This document shows positions 1 through 11,860 of a stretch of 64,000 bases of DNA, piece by piece. Below the pieces are notes generated by a model. That model did no database searches, was not told the origin of the DNA, and was given only the letters and a program-made list of their open reading frames with translations. Every line of letters starts with the position of its first letter. Position 1 is the first letter of the stretch. Made by a program: the position numbers and the translations under genes. The DNA is taken from assembly GCF_964213995.1 (NCBI RefSeq), contig NC_135809.1, positions 91,946,001 through 92,010,000 on the forward strand, read 5' to 3'. Source of the DNA: Mustelus asterias (lineage: Eukaryota).

Positions 1-1249
1 ATATATTTCCAAGTCAGGGTGGTGAACCTGAGGGGGGAACCTCCAGGTGGGAGATGTTCCCAGCTATTTGCTGCGGTTGTCCTTCCAGATGGTAATGGTG
101 GTGGGTTTGGAAGATGCTGCCTAAAGAACCTAGGAGAGTATGTTTGTGCCAGGAACAGTTGCTGCACTGCATTAATGTGAATACCAACGGAGTTCCACGC
201 TATTTTGAGTTTTTTCTGATTTGGAATCCAGATCCTCAATACAGTGTTGTTGCTGCTACTGTCGGAATTGAAGCTTCCACCAAGCTTCCTGACTCATTCA
301 TGATGTGCCATTGCAGAGGGAAGGAAAATGACTCAGCTCTGCCGCAATAAATGTGATGCCCTGTTACTGATTTGCCTGCTCAATCGCATTACCTTGCGCA
401 CTGGCAGAGCAAACTTCAACAGTGGGAATTTATTTCAGCTGCTGCAAACCTTCTAAACTTGAACGAGTGCTCAATGGGACCCAATGAATAACTTAACTCC
501 ACACTTAAATGGGTAGAGCCCAAAAATGTTCAGAAGCTGTCAAAGTTGACAGATTGTACACATCACCTGATTAAATTGGGCCAATGCAAAAAAATGTCTT
601 CAGGAGGCGGGGAGAGAAAGGTGAGTGGGTGAGGGGCTGATGTATGCGGCCACATACTTTAGTGGCTTTGTAATTTCTGTTAGATGCAGTCTGCTGATCG
701 AATGTACTTTACATTTTCCAGCGGGGGCAATTCCTGTCTCGTGTAACTCATCAACCAACCGCAATAGATAGGGGTTTAGTCTGTGAAGGGAAGATTCTCC
801 AGTCTGTTTTATAGACCGACAAGATGTTTTTGTGGATGAGGCTTCCAGACAGGAACCTGCTCCGGTGCCTCTCAACATCCCCTGGACTGGCATTTAGCCG
901 CCTTACACTGGCTTGCAGAGACTGATTCTTATTCTTCGCATATAAGTCAGGCAGTCTCTGCCTTGCTTGTCCTGAGTGTTTTGTGTGGAGCGGAAACGCC
1001 GCTAATCGCCTTTACGCTGCAGTGTCGAGTTACAGAGTGACGCATTCTCCAAGCTGTGGGTGGAGAGCAGCCTGAGCCTCACACCAACCCTCACCCCTCC
1101 CTCTGTCCCGGCTCCACATCAACCCCCCCTCCCTCCCAGCTCCACATCAACCCCCCTCCCTCCCTCCCAGCTCCAGACCAACCCACCTCTGGGCTCACAC
1201 CCTCCCCACCCCCCCCGGAAAATCCAGATGGTCACCGGCAGCCTGAACA

Positions 1250-1679
1250 ATGGCGAGGAGAGCAAGTAAAAATTGGGCGGACGAGGAGATCCGAGGCTTG
1301 TTGTCCATTTGGAAAGACAGGTCCATCCAGGATCAGCTGGCCGGGGCAGTGAGGAATAAAGATGTGTTCGTAAGGATCTCCAACAGCCTTCACGCCTTAG
1401 GGGTCAGCCGTGACTGGAAGCAATGCCGGGCTAAGGTGAAGAACCTGAAATACGAATACAGGACCATGGTTAACCAGAGGAAATCCGGCAGGAGGTGCAA
1501 ATCGATGCGCTTCTACAGTGAAATTGACGCGGTGCTGGGGTGCCGACCTCTCCAGGCCGAAGCAGCTCAGGACAGAACATTCCTCAATGTGGCTATCAAA
1601 CAAGAAGAGGAAGAGAAAGTGGAAGAGAAAGTGGAAGATGGACCACCACAGGCTTGTCCGCCCCCCGAAAACATCACAG
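1250..1679 (+). CDS. MSANTD-like coding exon 1 (Myb/SANT domain)
   Basis: acaATGg strong Kozak context; donor ACAG|GTAACC at 1680. Confidence 0.88.
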
Positions 1680-4600
1680 GTAACCTTTTCATTCAGTCTG
1701 CAGCAAGGCAATCATAAATAACGGAGTCATTCGATAAATGAGAAATAGCACTTCCTGAATGTTTTCTCCAAATTAAATTAAAATCAATTATTTATAAAAT
1801 GTACAGGAAGCAATGTCTGAGAACTCTCAAAATATCAGATATGGGTTTTTGAGGAAGTCGAAGCTTTTGATGCTTTCTCTTTGAAATATACAACTCTTCA
1901 ATTAGTGCCCACTCACTGCACAGCTTGAATGCGAGGTAGTAAGAAGGCATGTCCACAAAACAGCAGAGCTTTCAATTTTTATGATATTAAAATAAATGGA
2001 AGATTGTCATAAAGAAATGACCACAATTATTGATATCAATTTGATAGGTCAAATGTTTAATGTTTCAGATGCAGTCATGCGTCCTTTAATTTCATTGCAC
2101 TTATCCATCAAGTCACCATCTCCTTCACATCCTGAGCACAGATTCCAGCATCAGAAGAGCTGGTTTGCTGATCACGTGTTCCTGTTGAGGCATGGTCTTC
2201 ACAGGAGCAGCTGCAGTCCCGTACCTGGTTTTCCATTTACTAATTCGGGGCATTTTCCTGTGTGAAAGAAATGAAGCAAATTATTAATCAAAATGTATGG
2301 AAAATTGAGGACTGTTGAATTTCTGACATCAATGCTCTCTACCAGCGCAGCTCCATGTCATAAGCACCTGATGGGAGAATAATTTTTCCCTTAACATTCA
2401 AAGCACCAACCTCAGTAGTTGTCATCCTCTTTAATATTCACAGCAGGTTATAGAAGTCCTAGGTGTAAACTAATCAGCCTTCATCTCCCTCCAGCCAAAT
2501 AAGTGTCCGTTGGCTGTTTTTTGATATGCCTGTTTCTTCTCTTCCTCCAATTATAAATGTGTCTCTTGGCATTCATTAGGAATGAAGATCATTAATATGA
2601 AAGAAAAAACTGCCTTTAAAAAAAAAAATGCCCTGTGACATCGCACAGAAAAATTTCATGCTATTAATTATTTTGAAATCCAGTGACTACTTTGATCTAC
2701 TCAGACATATATCATTTAAATTCATGCACAGCTGTATCGTGTTAGGGGAATATGTAATCATAGAAATTTCCAACACTGAAGGAGACTATTCCAACAAGTA
2801 GATTTCCAGCCTAATCCCTCTTTCCAGCTCTTGGTCTGTAGCACTTCAAGTGCATATCCAAGTACTTTTTAAATGTTATGAAGGTTTCTGCCTCTACTGC
2901 CCTTTCAGAGCTCTGACGAAGGGTCATCCAGACTCAAAATGTTGGCTCTATTCTCTCCCCACGGATGCTGTCAGACCTGCTGAGATTTTCCAGCATTTTC
3001 TGTTTTTGTACAGAAACAAGGAGCTGGTGTACACAGCCTGAAGTTATATTCCTAATGAGTGCCAAGCTACTGATCTAATTCAGGATGGTAATAACGGTCC
3101 TGATTCAGGGAAGAGAAATATAGTTGGACTTTTCTGACTGGCCTCCAGTGAACCTGGACATAATGTGCATGAGTGGATGTTGGGTAAGGACAGGATTGGA
3201 TTTGAATAGATATTTAGGTTAAATACCCTGCTGATTCACACTATCATAAATAAATAATGGCCACTGGGTGAGTTATCAAAACAATACCGTGTTCCTGTGA
3301 AATTGTATCCCAATAAATAACTTGGGATGTGGGAGAAAATTGTTTAGAAAAAAAATGGTTTGCAGATATGAACCTTCATGAGAATGGTGTGAGCTGTATG
3401 CTCCATGCTCAAACTACTGATCTCTCTACACATATTTGTAATGAGGGAGGAGAACACGTCTTGCCATTAAAATTGGCTGAAAACTGACACACTAAATCTT
3501 CACTCCCACAGCATGCCACGTCCAACCAATTGTTGCCATCAACAGAGATGAGGAAGAAGGTAAAGTTCTGCCTGAACCACAGTCTGAAGCAGACAGTGTT
3601 ACAGGTACGCATTAACAATAATGATGGAAAAGCAAAGAATATATGCCAGCATTACCCAAACTAGTGATTGATGCAAATAATAATATTGTGAGCATCCACT
3701 TTTTAGGGGTGGGATGTGGGTGGAGAAATGGTAAGAAGAATCTCTTTGTGATTGCTTTCACAGAATGGAAAATTGGAATTAACAATGGAAGATTGAAATT
3801 CATTCTCTTTCCTGTGGCAGAATCCATAATTTGATCTGTCAGCTGGAAAGGTCAACAGTTCCCTTGAGATCGATTGCTGATTGCCAGCCAACCTTTCACA
3901 TTGTTGGAATGTAGAGGGACAGAATTGGCTAGGTTTTTCTCATTCAGTAGCAGGCCAATGTTTTATTGGGTAGAGTGATCCGAGCTGAACAAAAGTGGAA
4001 AGCTTACTGTTATGGTGAACTGCATGGTTTTAGATTATTAAACTCTTGTAATATTCTTACAAGTGCTTAGATGTCCCTTAGCTTTACTTGTTATTAACTT
4101 CCTCCTAAACTGTTTGGACTTAACTGGGTTGGGGGAGGAGGGGCGAGGTGCCCCTATAGGGGCAGGATGTGTATCCCACATCAGGAAAGCAGAATCTCTA
4201 CTTGTGAAAATTTCGAAGTGGTTTTGGAGACTGTCAGATCTGGCGATAGGTTTCTGAACGTGTGAGATAAAATGGCTGAGTGAAAGAGAGGCGAAGGTGA
4301 GATTCATTAAATTCAGTTCTTGATTCCCTGTTTTCACATCTCTGAGGAAATGGTCAAAATATATTCAAGTTTAACCTGTTACCTTCACTCGTCTTAGTGT
4401 TTATATTCTAGACAAATCCTGCTTCCCATTTTTCTTCTGGTGTTTCCTTAAGGTGCTGTTTTGCCATATATATTAGGTTGAACAGACAAGCAAAATATGA
4501 AATTGATTTCCATAAGAGGAAATAATTAATATTCTTTAACAACAGTGAAAAGGATGCACGATCCATGAACTAAGGAAGATCAGATTGAAGTGGTAGACCA

Positions 4601-7600
4601 GAAGATTGGGTAAATTTTAGAAACCAGCAAAGGATGGCTTAAAAAACAAGAGAAATTAGAGTATGAGAGAAAACTAGCAAGAAATATAAAAACTGACAGT
4701 AAAAGCTTTGACAAGTACACAAAAATGAAAATAATGGCCAGAACTTTCCAACTGTTCATGCTGGTGGGATCTTCTGGTTCTGCCTACGTGCACTCCTGCC
4801 ACAGGTTTCCCGGCAATGTGGGGTGGAGTCAGTGGGAAATCCCATTGACAGTGGTGGGACCAGAAGATTCCACCGCTGGCCAAAGGCATGCCACCTCCTG
4901 CCATGGGAAAGATGCTGCTGGGAGGCCAGGGAATCCTGCCCAATTGCTAAAGTGAGCATTGGACCCTGAGAGATTGGGGAATTAAAATGGGAAATGAGGA
5001 AAAGTATTTTGGGTAAATTTTCTGGTCCTGCCCACAGCGGGAATCAACATGGGAGGAATAGAAAATTTAACGGACCATTTAAAGGTCCATTGATCGCTGG
5101 CAGGAATTTCCAGTCTCTGGGTAGGCACAACTGGAAAATCCTGCCCTTTGTATCTGTCTTCACAACAGAAGACGCAAAAAGCTATCCAAGAATAGTGGAA
5201 AATCAAAAGGCAAAAGGGAGGAACTCAAAGCAATCACGATCATCAGAAAAACTACAGGGAAAGCTGACAAAGCCTAGCCCTGGTGGCCTGCGACCTAGGG
5301 TTTTGGACAAAGTGGTTTTAGAGATGGTGGATGCATTGATTAGAATCTTCCCCAAGTTTCCTAGATTCTGGAAAAGTCCCTGCAGATTGGAAAAGCACAA
5401 ATTTAACATCTCTAATTAAGAAAGGAGACAAAGAGCAGGAATCTGTATGCCAGTTAACCTATCATTTGTATTTGAGAAAATGCTTGAATCCATTATTAAG
5501 GAGGTTGTAGCAGGACATTTGGAAAATCATAAAACAATCAGGCAAAGTCAACATGGTTTTGTGAAAGAGAAATCATGTTTGAGAAACTTATTGGAGTTAT
5601 TTGAGAATGTAACTAGCAGGACGGATAAAGGGGAACCAGTCGATGTAGTATATTTGGATTTCCAAAAGACATTTGATAAGGTACCACATAAAAAGGTTAG
5701 GGCACAAAATGAGAGCTCATGGTATTGGGGTGATTTTTAAAAATATATTCATTCATGTGATGTGGGCGGCACTGGCTAGGCCTGCATTTATTACCCAACT
5801 TTTGAGTAAGTGGCAGTGAACTGACTTCTTGAACAGCTTCAGTCCCTGTGGTGTAGGTACACCCAGTGCTGATGGGGAGAGTGTTCCATTATTGACCCAG
5901 CAACAATAAAGGAATGGCAATATATTTCCAAGTTAGGATGGCAAGTGGCTTGGAGAGGAACTTCCACATGGTGGTGTTCTCATGCGTCGGCTCCCCTTGT
6001 CCTTCTAGATTCTAAATGGTAGCAATCATGGATTTGGAACGTGCTGAGGAACCTGGGTGAATTCTTGCAGTGCATCTTGGAGATGATACATATGCTGCCA
6101 CTGTGCAGCAGTGATGGAGGGAGTGAATGTCTGTGGATGGAGTGTCAGGCAAGCGGGCTGCTTTGTCTTGAATATATAGCATCGTTAGAGGGTTGGCTAA
6201 CAGGAAGCAGAGAATTGGGATAAAATGTGTCATTTTCAGGTTGGCAAACTAAAAAGTGGAGTGTGATAGGGATCAGTGCTGGGGCCTCAATTATTCACAA
6301 ATTGTATTTGTGACTTGGATGAAAGGAATGACTGTTCTGCAGCCACATTTACTGATAATACAAAGACAGGTAGGCATACAAGTTTTGAGTCGGGTACAAA
6401 GAGTCTGCAAAGGGATTTACACAGGTTAAGTGAGTGGGCAAAAGATTTTTCAGATTGAAAATAATGTGGGAAAATAAGAAGTTGTCCATTTTGGCAGAAA
6501 GGATAGAAAACCAGAATATTATTTAAATAGAGGGACTAGAATGTTGTGGTACATGGACATTTGGGTGTCCCTTTACATGAATCACAAAAGGTTGAAGTTT
6601 ATTTATTAAAGTTTGTTTATTTATTAGTGTCACAAGTAAGGCTTACATTAACACTGCAATGAAGTTACTGTGAAAATCTCCTAGTTGCCACACTCCAGCG
6701 TCTGTTCGGGTACACTGAGGGAGAACTTAGCATGGCTAATTCACCTAACCTGCATATTAGCATGCAGGTATAGCAAATAATAAGGAAAGCAAATTGAATG
6801 TTGCCCTTCATTGCAAAGGTGATGGGTTATGAAAGTAAGGAAATCTTCCTACAACTGTGCAAGTCCTTGGTGAGACAACACTTGGAGTAGTATGTACAGG
6901 TTGGGTCCTCTAACTTAAGGAAAGATGTGCTTGCATCAGAGGCAGTTCAGAGAAACTTCACTTAGCTGATTCCTGGGATAAAAAATGATGACACCCAAAT
7001 CTCCTTGTACCACTACATTCTACAGTCTCTCTATTTAAATAATATTCTGGTTTTCTATTCTTCCTGCCAAAATGGACAACTTTTTATTTTCCCACATTAT
7101 TCTCAATCTGAAAAATCTTCTGCCCACTCACTTAACCTGTGTAAATCCCTTTGCAGTCACTCCTTTCATCCAAGTCATTATGGTGAAAAATTGATCAGGT
7201 TAGGCCTATAATCATTGGAGTTTAGAAGAATAAGAAGTGATCTTATTAAAACATTTATGGTTCTGAGGAGGCTCGATAGGGTAGATGCTGAGTGGATGTT
7301 TCCCTTCATGGAGGGCTCTAGAACCTAAGGGGCACAGTTTCAAAATAATGGGTCTCCCATTTAAGACATAGATAAGGAGGAATTTCTTCTCTTTTTGGTC
7401 TTTGGAATTCCCTTCCCTACAGAGCAAAGGAGGGTGGGTTCAAGTTATATAGATTTTTGATCTACAAAGGAATCAAGGGTTATGAAGGGTAGGCAGGAAA
7501 GTAATCCATATTAGGAGCAGCTTAGAATTTGTCATTTGTGTCTGAGGTTTAAGACATAGTGTAACACAAATTAGATAAAGGATTAAGGTCCTTTTGTAAT

Positions 7601-10600
7601 GTCCCATGAAGCACCTTCAGGTGAAGAGTTGTTGAATTTGTTGGGCTCTAATGGAACACATTGTATTTTGTGAGTTCTAATGAAATCGGTTCATCTGAGT
7701 TTTTTCGAGGTCTAATGAGAAAAGTTTGGTTGAGTCCTGTTGTGTTCTAATGGGACTGATACAACTTACTGCTGTCATTTACTATTTTTCTTGATTCCTC
7801 ACGTAGCAGAAACAGAAGGCCCTGTGGAAGAGGAGATGATTAGCACAACCTCGGAGACCCCTGCTGCAACAAGCAGAAAGAGAACTGAAGCTGAGCATGG
7901 TGCGTATCTAAGCAAATATGCCACAATTATGTTTACTATGAGCTGGATAATTAAATAATTATTTTAATAATTAATTATTTATTAATTCATGGGACATGGG
8001 TGTCACTGGCTGGCCAGCATTTATTGCCCATCCCTAGTTGCCCTTGAACTAAGTGGCTTGCTTGGTCATTTCAGAGGGCAGTTGAGAGTCAACATTGCTG
8101 TGGCTCTCAAGTCACATGTAGGCCGGACCAGGTAAGGACGGTAATTTCCTTCCCTCGAGGGCATTAGTGAACCAGATGGATTTTTCCGATAATCAACAAT
8201 GGTTTCATGGTCATCAGTAGATTTTTAATTCCAGATATTTTTATTGAATTCAAATTCCACCATCTGCCATGGCGGGATTCGAACCTGGGTCCCCAGAACA
8301 TTAGCTGAGTTTCTGGGTTAATAGTCTAGCGATAATACCACTAGGCCATCGCCTCTCCCTCGTCTTGCCATGTAAGTGTCAGGAAATAAACATTCCCAAC
8401 AAAAGAGAATCTAACCATCTCCCTTTGATATTCAATGCCATTACCATCACTGAATCCCCCCATTATCAATATCCTGGTGGTTACCTTCGACGAGAAACTG
8501 AACTAGATCTTCCATATAAATACTGTGGCTACAAAAGAAAGTCAGAAGGTGGTATCTTGAGCCCACGTTTGCCCATAACAGGCGTGGAACCTGCTTTACA
8601 TTAATTTAAATAAATTTTAATATAATTGACACATTCCCTCTCAATATCTTCAAACCGCACTGACGTGATGTTTACAACAGGTTTACACAGACGTGAACCT
8701 GTCGGGGGGTCTTCCTGGGGGTGTATAGGTAAGCAGAGCCCCTGGGGGAGAGGGACATGGTCAGGCAGTGCCCAAGCAATGGCCCTGGCACAGGTTGGCA
8801 CCATGTCACCCTGGCAGTACCAACCTGGCAGTGCCACCCTGTGCCAAGGGGTGGGCTCCAGCAGGAATCTCATGTGTTTGGGGAGGGCGGAGGGGAGGTG
8901 GTTCATGCAGATGTGGTTGTGGGCTGGGAATGGACAGACGGGCAGGGGATGCCAGCGATGGCCGGTATGGGGGTGCGGCCCCAACCATTGGGGAAAGGGT
9001 CCGATGATCATGGAGCAGGGGGGCTCGGAGTGAATGCTGGCTGTAATCGGGGGTGGGGATGGGAGCCCCTCAGGCCTCCATGGTGGGGTGGGGGAAGGTT
9101 TATCTCTGCTCTGAGAGGGGCACCCCGATCTCTGTGCAGCTGGGTTTTGCCGGTGTGTGTTTAGTTCCCATCCCCCTGTATAACATTGTGAATCACACCC
9201 CCTTGATTTTTTTTTTTGGCAGTGTGTCATAATACCTGGAGAGAAAAACAACCAGTCTCTCTGGGGAAAAACACGCCGGTTTTCTCGCCAGAACCAACAC
9301 TGCCATTTTTCGGTAAGATTTTGCCCACAGACTGGGAATTCTGTAGTGACTATATCATCTCCTGACTCCCCAAAGACTGTACATTATCTAGAAGGCAAAA
9401 GTTAGGAGTGTGATGGAATGCTCTCCACTTGCCTGGATGAGTGCAGCTCCAGCAACACTCCAGAAGTCAACGCTGTCAAAGCAAAGCAGTCTGCTTGATT
9501 GGTATTCCATCCACTACATTGAATATTCACTCCCTCCACCACTGATGCACAGTGGCAACAGTGTGTACCATCTACAAGATGCACTGCAGAAACTCTTCAA
9601 GGCTTCTTCACCTCCTAAACCTGTGATCCCTATCACCTAGAAAGACAAGGGCAGCTGATACATGGAAGACTGCAAATTGCCATCCAAGCATCACCTCCTG
9701 AGGTGGAGCAATATTGCCCTTCCTTCATTGTTGCTGGATCAAAACCCTGGAACTCCCTTCCGAACAGCCTGTGAATATCAGCAGTGCATGAAGGTGGCTC
9801 ACCTCCACCTTTTCAAGGACAATAAGGCATAGACAATAAATGCTGACCTATGTCCACATCCTGTGAAAGGATAAAGAAAAAATCCTGTAAACTGTCAGGA
9901 AATATTGTGACAGTCAATAAAGGTACAAGATTATGACCTGGTGATGAAAACCATATTATTTCTTTCTCTTATTTATGTATTCTTTTCACTCGGACGTCAC
10001 AATGTTGGTACTTTCCATTTGCCAGTCCCAGCCTGCTCTCTGTCTTCCCTAATCCTTAGACATTCCTAGACAGGCCTTCTCCTTGAACTTTGTCAGTCAG
10101 CCAGCACTTCAGTTATGAAAGAGCAATGAGTTGAGGATATGGATTTTAAACTAAATTGCCTTTTAAGTTGCTATGTATTGTAACTGGCCCTAAAGGGATA
10201 GTCACCAAGCCAAAACTAATGAAAAATCATTACGTGTCATCATAATCATCACCATATGTAGCATAAAGTTATAAAGGAAGAGTCCCAAGCTCGATCTTGG
10301 CTGACGTTTGCTGGGATTGCATTAAGATGTTACAACTGACTTTACCACAACTGGGCCATGTGGAGAAGCACAAACATTTCTGCTCCTGATTATTATCTGC
10401 TTTGTACATGTCAGGTGTTGATACTCTTCATAATCTATTAACCTATTGACAGTTAAGGCTCACATCAAGAATAGCTGCTTTGGTGAAGTACACCCAAGGG
10501 ATTGGCACATATAGAATTATAGAATAAATAGCACTGAAGGAGACCATTAGGTCCTTAGTTTCTTTGCTGGCCCCTTGCAGGAGCAATTCACCTTCTGCCA

Positions 10601-11457
10601 TTTTTTTCTTATATGGGCAAAAAAATTTTTAAAAATAAGAGTGTAACAGAGAAGAGCATTGAGAAAAACATAGGCTTGCACTGGCACACCGAGTGTCACC
10701 TGAGGTTTCTTGGTAGCATTCTTTTCTGTAAGTCAGAAGTTTTTGAGTTCAAGACTCACTCCATAGACCTGAGCACACATTCTGGGTTGACTGTACAGAA
10801 CTGAGAGAGTATTGCACTGTCCTTAGGGTAATATGTTAAACAGAAATCCTGTGTTACCTCACAGGAGGACATAAAATATTCCATGACACTATTTGAAGAT
10901 GAGTAAGCCAATATTTATTCTGCAATCAACATTACAAAAACAGATTATTTAGTAATGGCCACATTTGTTTATGGGAGTTTGCAATGCCCAAATTGGCTGC
11001 CTCATTTCCTATGTTATACTGACTACGCTTCAAGTGTATTTAATTGATTGTAAAGCACTTTGAAATGCCTTTGATTGTGAAAGGTACTATGTAAAATAGT
11101 ATTTTTTAATCCCAAAGAATTTAATCATATCTCACTTAAGTATAATTTTTTTGTAAACATCTAGAGTGCTCAGTGCCAAAGAAGAGGATGAAGCTGAAGA
11201 AAGGAACCATGTTTCAGAGACACATTGGCACCATTATCAACACCTTCATGGACTATCAGAGGAAAGCTGAAGAAAGGTTCTACAAATGGGAGGAAGAGAG
11301 GCGGCGAGAGGAGCGTGAGCATGAGCTGCGGATTATCCAGTTGTTGCTCGATCATTCCAGATCCTCAATGATTCAAACACCTCAGACACCGGATTATCTG
11401 AGATCACTGCACAGCCAGAACACCCACGTGTTCACACCTCCTCCCTCAAACAATTAA
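1250..11457 (+). CDS. Myb/SANT-like (trihelix) DNA-binding protein with C-terminal coiled coil, MSANTD/Harbinger-Myb type; join(1250..1679,7807..7899,11165..11457), 271 aa
   Basis: 430+93+293=816 nt in one frame, both introns GT-AG phase 1. The N-terminus (NWADEEIRGLLSIW...RNKDVFVRIS...RDWKQCRAKVKNLKYEY...MRFYSEIDAVLG) fits Myb_DNA-bind_4; the C-terminus is a charged coiled coil (QRKAEERFYKWEEERRREEREHELRIIQLL). Orthology cannot be assigned by eye. Confidence 0.85.
2907..3010 (+). mobile_element. Second-family PLE terminal fragment with decayed hammerhead (2907-2949)
   Basis: AGAGCT-CTGACGA-A-GGGTCATCCAGACTC-AAAA-TG-TT-GGCTCT, then the family tail gatgctgtcagacctgctgagattttccagcattttctgttttt. 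Confidence 0.75.
4736..4941. mobile_element. PIF/Harbinger-like MITE
   Basis: Imperfect TIR GGCCAGAACTTTCC / GGAATCCTGCCC; 3-bp AAT duplicated on both sides. Confidence 0.65.
5011..5146. mobile_element. PIF/Harbinger-like MITE; related copies at 12988-13113, 15900-16017, and 20132-22325 (split)
   Basis: TIR GGGTAAATTTTC / GAAAATCCTGCCC; TTT duplicated; removing it restores the CR1 sequence. Confidence 0.68.
7807..7899 (+). CDS. MSANTD-like coding exon 2 (acidic linker)
   Basis: Pyrimidine tract plus TAG|CAG acceptor, donor CATG|GTGCGT; 93 nt, phase 1-1; AETEGPVEEEMISTTSETPAATSRKRTEAEH. Confidence 0.72.
8365..9880 (+). mobile_element. Second non-LTR family (CR1/L2 superclade) 3' part, split by a MITE; other copies at 1-150(-), 5740-6175(-), 7980-8060(-), 23600-24860(-), 45405-46270(+)
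   Basis: Shared peptides SNKRESNHLPL, VMEYSPLAWMSAAP, IQDKAARL and a shared 3' UTR ending ...cacatcc...aataaa. Confidence 0.75.
8547..9326. mobile_element. Longer GC-rich non-autonomous element with a Harbinger-like end
   Basis: Interrupts a LINE cleanly; ends AAGATTTTGCCC like the short MITEs. Confidence 0.55.
10690..11105 (+). mobile_element. SacSINE1/Deu-SINE-like element; further pieces near 2600, 13690-13920, 51475-51590, 52560-52620 with 55853-56455, and 58640-58850
   Basis: tRNA-like head, Deu-like core (ccatgacactatttgaag...gccaatatttat...aacagattat), L2-like tail aaagcactttg...aaggtactat. Confidence 0.7.
11165..11457 (+). CDS. MSANTD-like coding exon 3 (NLS-like PKKRMKLKK plus coiled coil, stop)
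   Basis: Acceptor ctag| at 11164, phase compatible, TAA ends at 11457. Confidence 0.82.
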
Positions 11458-11830
11458 TATTTAGGATCTTTTTAATTGTTTAAATTACTTGCTGTTGATG
11501 GTGCTCTGTTGTGACATCCTATGTTAGCCAGGAGCAGTTAAATTGCTGTTTCCCTGATTTTACCCCCACCCTCATTGCCAGCTCCTACAGGATCCAAGTA
11601 TAAACCGGAAGAGGAAGTGGAAGGATGGTGAGTGGGTTAATTGAAAGAAAAGCTCCCCAGTCATTCAATTGCACCATCCACTGCCAGAAACAAACCTCGT
11701 AGATTCAAAGTTCCATCCATAGGCAGTACTGTTAGCTGATTTCAGCACAGGAGTGTTATAATTGACCTTTCTTGACTAGGGAGAAGAAAATCAGCCATAG
11801 TTCCCTCTCCGGATCATGATGCTGCCTAAC

Positions 11831-11860
11831 TGTGTGTGCATGCGTGTATGTGTGTGTGTG
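11831..11860. repeat. Imperfect (TG)n microsatellite
   Basis: tgtgtgtgcatgcgtgtatgtgtgtgtgtg. Confidence 0.8.

Larger units (their letters stand above)
4450..7500 (+). mobile_element. Old CR1 LINE with several nested insertions
   Basis: MLESIIKE...QSQHGF...YLDFQKTFDKVPH and LGPQLF fragments, decayed. Confidence 0.88.

Noticed and set aside
8601-9251. 216-aa and overlapping ORFs
   Set aside because: GC-rich interior of a non-autonomous element; no recognisable protein.
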